Source: a virus | Taxonomy: Duplodnaviria > Caudoviricetes | Length of the DNA: 62,849 nt | Reading direction: 5' to 3' (one strand) | Virus record (IMG/VR): IMGVR_UViG_3300020451_001669 | Location: 1-62,849 of that record | Shown: positions 28,912-38,435 of the stretch, piece after piece | Layout of the letters: the number at the start of each line of letters is the position of its first letter | Numbering within the stretch: position 1 is the stretch's first letter | The notes under the pieces: model-generated | Told to the model about the DNA's origin: nothing | Database searches by the model: none | What the model saw: the letters and a program-made list of their open reading frames with translations, nothing else | Made by a program: the position numbers and the translations under genes

Positions 28912-29848
28912 GCTAAGAGTAACAGTTGCAGATACGCCAAGCAAGCAGGCCAAAGGTCTGATGTTTGTCCGTGAAATGCCTCGCGATCGAGGTATGCTGT
29001 TTTCTTTTTCCAAGTCTGATATACTGAGTTTCTGGGGACAGAATACCTATATCCCTCTCGATATAGCTTTCGCAGATGAAGATGGCGTAATCAGTAACAT
29101 CGAGATGATCAAACCTCTTAGTTTGAGACCGGTCAAGAGTTCGAGCAAGTGCATGTATGCTGTCGAGGCCAATGCTGGCTATTTCGATGAACACGGCATC
29201 GGCATTGGAGATAAGATTGTTTTCGCGGAAGAGGGCGAAGAGCTTTCGATTCTGAGCTTTCGCAAGAAGACCGACCTATCGAGATACTCGATGTTTGGCT
29301 CCGAAGCGGTAAAGAAAGCTCAGCTTATGGGCAACGAATACGGCTTCGACATCAACGATGCTCAGAGAGAGGAAGAAGAGCAGGCACGATCGAGATATGA
29401 GTCTCTTCCGGTTGTTTCTCCCGAAAACGTAGGGGACATCCTTGTAGACCAAGAGTTTGAAGATACGCCTCAGCAGTTCGTTGATCAGCCATCTGATATG
29501 CCGGAACCAAAGGTTCCAGAGACGGATTTACCTCCGGTTGAGCCCTCTCCGGAGCCTATTCCTGAATTTGACAATGTATTCGATGCGATTGACGAATACG
29601 CCAAACCAACCGTAAACAACGATTTCATGGGTTCAGCGATGAGAATCGACTACACGACAAAGAGCGGGAAGTCGATTGCGAGGGATATTGAACCCCATGG
29701 GACGTTTCATGCCGATACCACTGGTAATGAGATTCTGGTCACATATGACAGAACTGCAGGAGGTATTCGAGCGTTTATCATGCAAAATATTAAAGCGTTC
29801 GCTTTATTAGATGACAAGTTCGAGCCTAAGTTCAGGGTCGAAGGATGA
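28901..29848 (+). CDS. DUF192 domain plus C-terminal WYL-like domain
   Basis: ADT......GLMF...MP...GMLF.F...FW..NTYIPLDIAF...AVEANAG; C-terminal IDYTTKSG....RDIEP....YD....IRAF...NI. Confidence 0.75.
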   Translation: MEAKLRVTVADTPSKQAKGLMFVREMPRDRGMLFSFSKSDILSFWGQNTYIPLDIAFADEDGVISNIEMIKPLSLRPVKSSSKCMYAVEANAGYFDEHGIGIGDKIVFAEEGEELSILSFRKKTDLSRYSMFGSEAVKKAQLMGNEYGFDINDAQREEEEQARSRYESLPVVSPENVGDILVDQEFEDTPQQFVDQPSDMPEPKVPETDLPPVEPSPEPIPEFDNVFDAIDEYAKPTVNNDFMGSAMRIDYTTKSGKSIARDIEPHGTFHADTTGNEILVTYDRTAGGIRAFIMQNIKAFALLDDKFEPKFRVEG

Positions 29849-31494
29849 GGATTGCTATGAATTCTATCATTGAAACCATCGTAACTATAGCCAATCAGCT
29901 TGATGACAGTGGCAATGATGCTCTAGCTGATACTCTCGACTCATTTGCTCAGCGCCTCACTGACATCAAGGTTGCTCAGTATGTTGGTTCGCAAGGCTAC
30001 TGGATGCGCAACACTCGCTGTTGGGCTAACTGCTACAGAGAGAAAAGGGCTAAGAACCCCAACATGCCAGCCCAGGAAGTATGGACCTCTTGCCATGAGG
30101 AATACGTCACTGCTATGCAGAACGAAAACTCAGGAAAGTCTACGGCGTCTTGGGACAAGTATGCAAGCTCGAATAAGAAGAGCAGCTACGATGGCATCTT
30201 CGACGACGAGTTCAACAAGCTCATTGAGAGTCATGTTGAATCCGGCATGGACAGGGGACATGCGATCTTCGCGGCTATTGACGACATGGAAATGAAGCCA
30301 TACGATGACCTTGTTGAGGCTTCTCAGCAAGCATTCGATCTTGCCGCGGAAATGTTTGATAAGTCGCCAAGAGAAGCTGTCAAGATTGCTCAGGCTGGCG
30401 AAGAACTTATCAAGGAAGCTCAATGGTGGCGTCGTCGCATGAATGACATGGCCGCTCCTGCTAGGGGTCTGCGTCAGATGTGGAATCCAGCAGTTATGGA
30501 TTCCAAATCGCAAGGAAGCCTATTCAAGTCAATCAACAGTCTTACAAGGGCAATGCAAACGGTTGTCCAAGAGAAGAACAATCTTGTAAACCTTGCCAGA
30601 CAGTCTGGTATGGAGCAGATTGCTCAGGAAATCGAGACTCAGATTCCTCAAGATTCGCTCATGCAGATCGCCAATGGATTGACAAGGGTCAATCAGTTTG
30701 CTCAAGATGTTACGAACAGAGAAACCGGCGGCGAACGAGGAAATGCTGTTCAGCGAGGCCTCAACTGGCTTGGTAATCAGCAGCAGCAAGGCGCTGACAA
30801 AGCTCGCCAGTCTGACGAGTTTTTCGCAAATCAGCGAGGAGAGAACTCAGGAGAACCTCAGTCTCCTCAGTCAAACTTCGTAGGGCAAGGTCTTGATGGT
30901 CAGAATTTTGATGTTCAAAACGTTCAACCTCAGGATAGCTCATATCAAACAACCGACACGAGCAATATTGTTGGCCCGGGTATGAATCCGCAGCCGCAAG
31001 CTCCTCGGCAGCCGCAAGCTCCTCAGCAGGAGCCTAAGCGGTCTCCGATCATTACTCCCTCTGATATCAACCAAAGCGTAATACAGAGCAACCCAATCCT
31101 TAGAACGCATGCCAGCATGGTTCCGACCATCGTTAGCGTAGCACCGGATATGGCCGCTCTAGATCGCCTCTTTGCCCCTTACTTGGGGAACAGACCTCAG
31201 ATTCAGTCTGACTCAAAGTCCTCTGATAAAATCAAGAAGACAGCTAACGATCCGCAAAATAATGGAGGAGATTTGAGGTCTCAAGTCGAACAATACCTGA
31301 ATGGGCTTGATAGCAGAGATGTTATAGCCTTGTATGAAGCGTTAAAGGAGCTTATCCAAAGTAGTCAAGGAGAAGCCTCTTATAGCGGAGATTCGACGCA
31401 CTCGTCGTATTCTTCGTCAAAGAAACAGGTCAAAGCCTCAGTTGGCAAGACCTTCAACCTGTCCAAGTTCCGTGATGGAGGAGCCACGCAATGA
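29845..31494 (+). CDS. Gln-rich head-module protein
   Basis: Several K-x-A motifs (KVAQ, KEAQ, KTAN) and C-terminal TFNLSKF. Confidence 0.7.
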   Translation: MRIAMNSIIETIVTIANQLDDSGNDALADTLDSFAQRLTDIKVAQYVGSQGYWMRNTRCWANCYREKRAKNPNMPAQEVWTSCHEEYVTAMQNENSGKSTASWDKYASSNKKSSYDGIFDDEFNKLIESHVESGMDRGHAIFAAIDDMEMKPYDDLVEASQQAFDLAAEMFDKSPREAVKIAQAGEELIKEAQWWRRRMNDMAAPARGLRQMWNPAVMDSKSQGSLFKSINSLTRAMQTVVQEKNNLVNLARQSGMEQIAQEIETQIPQDSLMQIANGLTRVNQFAQDVTNRETGGERGNAVQRGLNWLGNQQQQGADKARQSDEFFANQRGENSGEPQSPQSNFVGQGLDGQNFDVQNVQPQDSSYQTTDTSNIVGPGMNPQPQAPRQPQAPQQEPKRSPIITPSDINQSVIQSNPILRTHASMVPTIVSVAPDMAALDRLFAPYLGNRPQIQSDSKSSDKIKKTANDPQNNGGDLRSQVEQYLNGLDSRDVIALYEALKELIQSSQGEASYSGDSTHSSYSSSKKQVKASVGKTFNLSKFRDGGATQ

Positions 31495-32279
31495 AGTTTT
31501 TCACGAACAAGATTTCAACTAACAGCAACGGTAGATTCAGCGATCTAGTAAAGAAGATTGCCGAAAGCGATCAGCAAGTCAAGACGGCTTCCGCCAAGAC
31601 TGCTGAAGAGAATGTAGAAGATGTCGTTTCTCAGGAAGAGAACGCAAAGGTCGAAGCCAAGTCTGATACCAAGGTTGTCAAGGCTGAGGCTGGCGTCGAT
31701 GATGATGGCGAAGGTAAGCGAACCGATGTCCATCACGGCGAAGGTTCTCCAAAGGACCAGAACGGCGAACCAGAAGAGGACGGCGAGAACAAGACTGTCG
31801 ATCCTGAGGGCTTGGGCTCCTCTGCCGAGGCAGAAGAAGAGGTCAAGATTGCATCTGAGGAAGGCGAGTCCGGTTCCAAGCTAGGAAATGGCGAGGGCGA
31901 TTCTGGCGACAACCAAGAAGGCGTCAACAAGGGCCGCTTCCCTGACGAGTTCGAGCCAAAGCAGGAGTGCGAAGACGAGGGCACTGCCGACGTTGAGGCA
32001 TCTGGCGAGAAGCAGGTCAAGGAGGCAGGCGAGCTTCCGGAAGCTCTCAAGGAGCATCAGTTCGGCAAGAAGGACTCCGAAGACAAGAAGGACTCCGAAG
32101 GCAATGACGATGCAGATGGCAAGGACGATGACGCTGAGAAGGAGGGCTGCTCTGCTTCGGCGACGAGCAAGCTTGAGCGCGTTGCAAACCTTACCGCTCC
32201 GGAGAAGAACCGTCTCAAGTCCTACTTCCGCCGTTACTACCCGGAGAGCTACGCAGACGCTTTGACTCAGGACAAGTAA
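31491..32279 (+). CDS. Acidic scaffold-like protein
   Basis: E/D/K/G-rich disordered core with a short helical C-terminal motif. Confidence 0.65.
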   Translation: MKFFTNKISTNSNGRFSDLVKKIAESDQQVKTASAKTAEENVEDVVSQEENAKVEAKSDTKVVKAEAGVDDDGEGKRTDVHHGEGSPKDQNGEPEEDGENKTVDPEGLGSSAEAEEEVKIASEEGESGSKLGNGEGDSGDNQEGVNKGRFPDEFEPKQECEDEGTADVEASGEKQVKEAGELPEALKEHQFGKKDSEDKKDSEGNDDADGKDDDAEKEGCSASATSKLERVANLTAPEKNRLKSYFRRYYPESYADALTQDK

Positions 32280-32306
32280 TCCCTAGAAACACGGAGGCCT
32301 ACCGAG

Positions 32307-33050
32307 ATGGCAATCATACCTAATGGCAGGCGGAGGGTTTCGAGAGAGGCTCAAAGCCTAGATTATCAGAGAACCGGACTAGACGGTGCAGAAATCTCTC
32401 AAGAGGTGGCTCAACCTGCGCCTGAGACTACCGGTCCGGCTACTGATTTCAACGCTCTGCAGAATCAGATAGAGCAGCCATCGCCGCAGGCAGAAGTTCC
32501 GGATATGTCTCAAATGAACGATGAAGGCCAAGGCCAATCGTCCATGGAGGGCAACAACATCGCCGAGTTCCGTAATCAGCTAATCGATGCATTGGCTAAC
32601 GTTGATGTTGATCCTGAGCGAGCAAGGCTCGTAGCCAAGAAAGCGTTGACTATCGGGTACAAGAACCCCCAAGAGGACATTCTTGCGGGCGAGTTTCTTG
32701 TTCCGGCTAAGGATAACGTCCCAATCACTCAGGTCAAGTCTGTTTTTGCTCCTATTATCGAGCAGAACGGATTTGCCCTAACTTCGCTCAAGCCTCATCA
32801 AAATACTGGCAAGAGCGGTAAGAAGGTTGTTGATTATTGGAAGTTGGAGTTCGAGACTAAGACCGAAGACCCCAACGCCATGCAGATTGAAGGCGATTAT
32901 GCCGACCTTCTTGAGCAAAGCGGAATGGGCGGCGACGGCGAATCTATGCCTGTCGCTGCTCAGAGTCAGCATGCTCTTATTCGAAACGGAAGAAGCAAGC
33001 TCTTGGATTTTATGCTCGAAGAACTTGCTAGAAAAGGGGAATCCCAATGA
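32307..33050 (+). CDS. Head-module hypothetical protein
   Basis: GGAGG RBS; REAQ motif. Confidence 0.7.
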   Translation: MAIIPNGRRRVSREAQSLDYQRTGLDGAEISQEVAQPAPETTGPATDFNALQNQIEQPSPQAEVPDMSQMNDEGQGQSSMEGNNIAEFRNQLIDALANVDVDPERARLVAKKALTIGYKNPQEDILAGEFLVPAKDNVPITQVKSVFAPIIEQNGFALTSLKPHQNTGKSGKKVVDYWKLEFETKTEDPNAMQIEGDYADLLEQSGMGGDGESMPVAAQSQHALIRNGRSKLLDFMLEELARKGESQ

Positions 33051-33826
33051 GAATTCGCAAAGTATCCGACGAGAACCAGCTAAGCGTATTTGATGTTCTG
33101 GCATCGAATCACGTTCCTCTTAAGGATAGAGAGCCAGAGATGAAGCAGCCTCGTCAGAAGGAGGCTGATCGCTCATGGGCCGAGGATTCTCCTGCGGCTA
33201 AGCTTGAGCATAACACTCCTGATGAGGTCAATCTTGCTCGCAGGGGCAACAGTATTCGATCTGCACGCTGCGCTCCTGATGGCATTACCAACGAGGGCGG
33301 TTCGTCCAATGGCTATGGAGTTTCCGGTCGTAACAGCATTTTTGATTCGGAGGTTCTTGATCGCCTAGCTGAGGCAGAGACGAACCGAGAGAAGACCGCT
33401 CAAGAGCGAGCATCTGCCGATGACATTCGCAAGAAAAAGGCAGACGAATGGAAGGCCGCATCGCAGCAGCAGCTTGGCGAAGGAGATGAGGATTTTGAGG
33501 CCCGTAGAGGTCCGTCTGTCAATCGTCTCGACACCGAGGCCAACCGTCGTCAATGGGTTCCTCAAAACTCGATCAGCATGTTTGATAACGCTGACTTCGA
33601 GCGTATCGCTGAGTCTCAAGGAGAGTCCATTCAGCCTCGTCAGGCTTCTAAGGATGATTCTTGGAGGCAGGCGAAGAACGCCAAAGCTCACTCGATCCAA
33701 GAGAAGCAGAACGAAATGGTTGATCGTCTAACAGAGGCCTCTTCTGAGGACTCGTCATACAGAAGCATGCATCAGGATGCAACTGATCGACTGTTCAATA
33801 TTCTGAAGGAACAGCAGGACAAGTAA
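33047..33826 (+). CDS. Head-module hypothetical protein
   Basis: ATGA coupling with the upstream gene. Confidence 0.7.
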   Translation: MRIRKVSDENQLSVFDVLASNHVPLKDREPEMKQPRQKEADRSWAEDSPAAKLEHNTPDEVNLARRGNSIRSARCAPDGITNEGGSSNGYGVSGRNSIFDSEVLDRLAEAETNREKTAQERASADDIRKKKADEWKAASQQQLGEGDEDFEARRGPSVNRLDTEANRRQWVPQNSISMFDNADFERIAESQGESIQPRQASKDDSWRQAKNAKAHSIQEKQNEMVDRLTEASSEDSSYRSMHQDATDRLFNILKEQQDK

Positions 33827-35271
33827 TGGCAATACCTCCGAACGCTCAACAGATTCTTGACGAGAACAACGATTCGTTGAACAATATCGTTGACAACTCA
33901 CTGGGTGTTATGCCGGAGGGACTTTCTCCAGAGGAGCAAGAAGAGTTTCGGGCTAGACAGTTGGCTCAGATGCAGTCCGGTCAACAGCAAATGCAGACAT
34001 TGTTTCAGGCGAATACTGAAATCAACGATGCTACCGAAGACGCTATGAATAAGCTGCCTGCCGCTGCTGGCTCTTACTTCGACCTGACCAAAGAGGCTCA
34101 GATGGAAATGGGTCAGCCTGTAATGGATCAAGGCATCGGAGAGTTTGATTCTCACATTGACTTGTTTCAATATTTGGAGCAGAAGCTAGCTAGCGGGCAA
34201 CCGGAAGCTATCGATGAAGTTCGCAACGAACTGTTTCAGATAGTAGGAAATCAACCAACTGTCGATGAACAGGGTATAGAGCAGCCGAATCCGCGGCAAG
34301 TAATAGCGGACTCGCTTCAAGAATACCTAAGAGCCCTTCAAGAGGGCAATGAGCAAAAGAGAGCTAAGCTAGCTATGACCATGTTCGAAGCTATGCCGCA
34401 AAGCGACCAAGGAGACACCATGGTACAGGGAGTTAAAGAGGTTGTAGCGGAGTCCAACGAGACTATCCGTCGCCTCGCTAAGAGCCTGGCTTCACGCCAG
34501 ATGAACAAGCAGGCGTCTTCTAGCAAGGCTTTCAATCTCAAGAAGGAAGCTCAGCATAAGGGAATGGATAACGTCATTATGCACGGACCAGAAGGGAACC
34601 GTATCGATCCCTTTACTGGACAGCTTATCAATGATTGGCATGTCTATGAGCGCAACAAGGGTTGGGGTCTCAAGATGGACGATGCTTTGTTCATTGACTA
34701 TGAAGCTCTTTGGCGCGGACATATCATGGACAAGTACAGCCGTCCCTACAGAGATGAGGATGGAAACTATGTCGGCGGTTACATTGAGAAGCGGTTTGAA
34801 GTAGATAAGTGGATTCCGCCGGGCAATAACTATCAGTTGAAGCCAGGCGAAAAGCGTCGTCCGTACCTTCCTGAATATCGCTCTACCGAAGCCCGCATGC
34901 AGCATATGAGAGCAAACAACACTGATGAAGGCAGAGTTTACAATGACACAACTGAGCCATTCAACTGGTCAAAAATGGCTTCTAGCAAGAAGCAAACTAA
35001 GACCGCTCAGTTTGATCAACCTCAAGGCATGACTTTCATTGTCCAAGATTTGCAGACGGGTCAAGAACTTCAGAGACTTTCTGCTCCTGGCAAGGACGAG
35101 GCTCTTCAGCAGGCTCAGGCAATGGCTAGACAGCGCAGTCAGCCGGTTCTTCTTCTTACCTACGATATGGCCGCTGATGAAATGGACCCTATCGAGGAAG
35201 ATATGATCTGGCCGGACGAGGCGGCACAGCCGGTTGCTGCTTCTGCAGATAGTAAAAAAAAAGTGAACTGA
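33826..35271 (+). CDS. Head-module protein ending at an A9 slippery site
   Basis: FDLTKEAQ, FNLKKEAQ, KTAQ motifs; ends SKKKVN*. Confidence 0.75.
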   Translation: MAIPPNAQQILDENNDSLNNIVDNSLGVMPEGLSPEEQEEFRARQLAQMQSGQQQMQTLFQANTEINDATEDAMNKLPAAAGSYFDLTKEAQMEMGQPVMDQGIGEFDSHIDLFQYLEQKLASGQPEAIDEVRNELFQIVGNQPTVDEQGIEQPNPRQVIADSLQEYLRALQEGNEQKRAKLAMTMFEAMPQSDQGDTMVQGVKEVVAESNETIRRLAKSLASRQMNKQASSSKAFNLKKEAQHKGMDNVIMHGPEGNRIDPFTGQLINDWHVYERNKGWGLKMDDALFIDYEALWRGHIMDKYSRPYRDEDGNYVGGYIEKRFEVDKWIPPGNNYQLKPGEKRRPYLPEYRSTEARMQHMRANNTDEGRVYNDTTEPFNWSKMASSKKQTKTAQFDQPQGMTFIVQDLQTGQELQRLSAPGKDEALQQAQAMARQRSQPVLLLTYDMAADEMDPIEEDMIWPDEAAQPVAASADSKKKVN

Positions 35272-35726
35272 AGGTAGCCGATCTGGCTCCTAATCCAATC
35301 GGGCGGCCTAAGAGTGATCCATTTGCTCTTTCGCCGCTTGGTCTACGCGAGCCCGGACAGACCGGCGATGAAGCGCAAAAGGCTATTGCTCCGGCAATGA
35401 AAAAGGTCTGCCCGGTTTGCGGATCTGACAACGGACCAAACGATACGGTCTGCGTGAACTGCAGCGCTTCGCTTACTGGAAATCAGAAGATGGTAGATAG
35501 AAGCCCTACTCCCAAGGGGGAGCAGGGTAATCCTCTCGGGCACGTTACCGCTCAAGGCGTAATGCCAACAAATCCCAATGTTGTCAAGAGAGACATGCCA
35601 GAGTCCATGAATCGCAGAGTTAAGAGACAGCCCGTTTATCGGGAACTATCTGATGATTTTGTCGATTCAATAGAAGATGAACACCTAGATCAGGTACAGC
35701 ATTCTGCTGACCACTTGGGTCTATAA
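35262..35726 (+). CDS. Zn-ribbon-containing -1 frame extension of 33826..35271 (track ORF 35397..35726)
   Basis: The frame opens exactly at the A9 run after TAG TAA stops; CPVCG...CVNC. Confidence 0.6.
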   Translation, partial: SELKVADLAPNPIGRPKSDPFALSPLGLREPGQTGDEAQKAIAPAMKKVCPVCGSDNGPNDTVCVNCSASLTGNQKMVDRSPTPKGEQGNPLGHVTAQGVMPTNPNVVKRDMPESMNRRVKRQPVYRELSDDFVDSIEDEHLDQVQHSADHLGL

Positions 35727-35740
35727 GGAGATGAAACACT

Positions 35741-37990
35741 ATGGCAAACAAAAAGCCTATCAAGATGCAGCTACCAACCAAGAAGGCAGAGAACATTGCT
35801 GCCGCAGCTAAGGGTCATACCGTTATCGGTACGACTCAAAAAGCTGGCACGACAATGGGAATAGGATATGGCAAGGGCGATACGGTATCGGTCCCCTTGA
35901 CAAGAGCGGCTCAGGCAATCGGCGGCGGAGCATCGGTGACGATGACGCAGCCCATGTTCTTTTCTCCGCTGCATACTCCGCAAAACTGGCAGATTGCTAG
36001 TAAGCGTCGAGAAGTTTACCAGTGGGCTCGGTTCTATTATGAGAACGAGCCAAAGGTTGCAGCCGGTATCGATTTCTATTCTCAGTTTCCGATCAATGGC
36101 TTCAAGCTTGAATGCAAGAAGAAAAAGATCACTGCATTCTATGAGAGACTTGTAGATAGGCTTGAACTTATCAGGTGGTTACGTCTTATATCTCATGAGC
36201 GTTTTTTGCTAGGCGATGTCTTCGTCTTCCTTGAAATAGACTCCCCTGATACGAGAGGTGAGACTGATCTTGATCCTGATGAAACTCCTACTCATGCAGA
36301 CGGAACGTTCAAGAGGATCATGGTTCTCAATCCGGACTGGGTTGAAGTCTATACAACTCCGCTTGCTGACGAACCAGAGATTGTTATGCTTCCGGATGAC
36401 GAGCTAAAGAAGATCGTCATGACTAGGCAGCCTGAATCTGTCTATAAGAGACTTCCTGACAATATCAAGCAACTTGTTGCAGCGGGTCGTCCGATTCGTT
36501 TGTCCAATAACGTAACTAGTCACATCAAGCATGGCGGCTCTCCATACGGAACATATGGGGATTCGCTTCTGCGTCGTCTGTTTACAATCTTGGCTTACAA
36601 GACGAAGCTGATGACTGCGAACTGGATCGTAGCAGAGCGTCTTATTCTTCCAGTTCGAGTTGTCAAGGTTGGCGAGAAAGATCGTCCGGCGGCAGAAGAT
36701 GATATCGCAGATGTCGTTCAGCAGTTGTCCGCGGTTGCGAATGACCCCAACTTGACGATTGTCACTCACCATGCATTCGACTATGAATGGTATGGAGCAA
36801 CCGGTAAGATTCACAACATTACCAATGAGCTTGAGCAGATCGGCAAGGAAATGCTCGATGGACTCATGCTTAACCAGGCTCTACTCAACGGCGAAATGAG
36901 CGGCTATCAGAACGCTCAGGTTGGTGTTGAAATGCTTATCCGTCGCCTTGAGTCTTGGAGAAAAGAGCTAGCTCAATGGGTAGAAAAGAACATCTTCTTG
37001 CCTGTAGCCAAAATGCAAGGATTCATCGATGAAGAAGAATCTGACATGCTCGGCGAAACCGTCTACTTGTACCCAAGAATCAAGTGGGACGACCTCAAGC
37101 TAAGAGACCCAACTAACCGTATGCAGATGGCAATGAACCTCCATCAGAACGGCACCATATCTACGCAGACTCTTCTTGAGATGTTTGAGCTTGATTACGA
37201 CCAAGAGGTTGAACGGATTAGAGATGAGCAAGTTCAAACTATGGGCAATGGTCAGGTCATGGGAGGACAACCCGGAGGAGGCATGCCCGGCGGAGGTATG
37301 CCCGGCGGAGGCGGAGGTATGCCTCCTGGCGGCGACCCTATGGGCGGCGGCATGGGCGGAGCCCCAATGGGAGGAGATCCTATGGGCGGAGGCATGGGCG
37401 GAGCCCCAATGGGAGGCGCTCCTATGGGCGGAGGCATGCCAGCAGCCGCTCAAGCAGCCCCTCAAAAGGTGACAAAGCGAGGCAAGGGCGGCGATAAGAA
37501 GGAAGAGGAGATGCCGCCTGTCCAAGTTCAAAGCGTTCAGCTAACAAAGCCTGAAGCAAAGGTTTATCGCATCCTCTCTAACATGCAGTTGCCTTTCCAA
37601 CTGTATGCTCAATACAAGTATCAGGTGCCGGGAGAGCAGCAGCCGTACCTGCTTGATTTTGCTCTTCCTGATCTTGGTTTGAATATCGAGGCAGACGGCG
37701 AGCAGTGGCACTCAACTCCTGAAGACAAGAATTCTGACCAAAACAGAGACTACAAGTTAGCTGAACAGGGATGGACCGTTATACGGGTTTCTGAGACGGC
37801 ATTGAATGAAAATGTCGAGGGAGTAGAGAACCTTCTTGCGGAGAACATCAAGGCCGCTCTCGATCAAAGAAGGAAAATGCAATCAAAATCAGCAAATGCT
37901 AAGATAACCAGCTATAAGTTTGGCAGAGCAGAAACGGGCTTGCCTCGTTGCAGCCTCATAAAGACAGATCCTCAATACGAGAATGACTGA
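35741..37990 (+). CDS. Portal protein with Gly/Met/Pro linker and C-terminal DUF559 (Vsr-like) nuclease domain
   Basis: Position and size; FYYENEPKVAAGIDFYSQFP, LILPVRVVKVG; C-terminal LTKPE...QY...YLLDFA.PD..L.IEADG..WH...D..RD..L...GW.VIR. Confidence 0.75.
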   Translation: MANKKPIKMQLPTKKAENIAAAAKGHTVIGTTQKAGTTMGIGYGKGDTVSVPLTRAAQAIGGGASVTMTQPMFFSPLHTPQNWQIASKRREVYQWARFYYENEPKVAAGIDFYSQFPINGFKLECKKKKITAFYERLVDRLELIRWLRLISHERFLLGDVFVFLEIDSPDTRGETDLDPDETPTHADGTFKRIMVLNPDWVEVYTTPLADEPEIVMLPDDELKKIVMTRQPESVYKRLPDNIKQLVAAGRPIRLSNNVTSHIKHGGSPYGTYGDSLLRRLFTILAYKTKLMTANWIVAERLILPVRVVKVGEKDRPAAEDDIADVVQQLSAVANDPNLTIVTHHAFDYEWYGATGKIHNITNELEQIGKEMLDGLMLNQALLNGEMSGYQNAQVGVEMLIRRLESWRKELAQWVEKNIFLPVAKMQGFIDEEESDMLGETVYLYPRIKWDDLKLRDPTNRMQMAMNLHQNGTISTQTLLEMFELDYDQEVERIRDEQVQTMGNGQVMGGQPGGGMPGGGMPGGGGGMPPGGDPMGGGMGGAPMGGDPMGGGMGGAPMGGAPMGGGMPAAAQAAPQKVTKRGKGGDKKEEEMPPVQVQSVQLTKPEAKVYRILSNMQLPFQLYAQYKYQVPGEQQPYLLDFALPDLGLNIEADGEQWHSTPEDKNSDQNRDYKLAEQGWTVIRVSETALNENVEGVENLLAENIKAALDQRRKMQSKSANAKITSYKFGRAETGLPRCSLIKTDPQYEND
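37258..37440 (+). repeat. Low-complexity GGMP/GGDPM coding repeats in the portal gene
   Basis: Repeated atgggcggmggc / cccggcggagg units. Confidence 0.8.
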
Positions 37991-38433
37991 TGCAAGAAAT
38001 CTTTGATCTCAATAAGGTTGCCAAGCATACCGGAGGTAGAACTCCGATCAAGGACAGAGGCATTAAGTGGAAAGAATCATACGCAGACCGTACTGCGAAC
38101 ATGAGGAAAAAGTTCAATGATGCAATCGGTTACGATTCTTATATCAGGTATGAAGGACACGATCATACAACTAACTCTGACTACTACATTGTCATAGGCC
38201 CATCTGTTGAAAAGAATATGGGCAAATGCTTTTTCGCGGGCGTAAAGAAGCTTCCGCCTCCGAGAGAACGAGAAGGCAAAACCTTTTCTCCATACGGGGA
38301 GTATTTCAAGACCATGAAGGCCGCTCATGCTTATGCAACCGAGAAGTGGGGCGTTCCCATGAAGAAGAACCTCCCTAACTACACGCAAGCTGATTTGGCA
38401 AATGTAGACATTCCGTCGCACATCAAGGGGTAA
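37990..38433 (+). CDS. Head-module hypothetical protein (IFDLNKVA)
   Basis: TGATG coupling to the portal gene. Confidence 0.7.
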   Translation: MQEIFDLNKVAKHTGGRTPIKDRGIKWKESYADRTANMRKKFNDAIGYDSYIRYEGHDHTTNSDYYIVIGPSVEKNMGKCFFAGVKKLPPPREREGKTFSPYGEYFKTMKAAHAYATEKWGVPMKKNLPNYTQADLANVDIPSHIKG

Positions 38434-38435
38434 CT

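Noticed and set aside
37258-37440. CRISPR array or DGR-type repeats
   Set aside because: The repeats here and in the fibre genes are in-frame coding repeats without unique spacers, and no cas or reverse transcriptase gene was seen.
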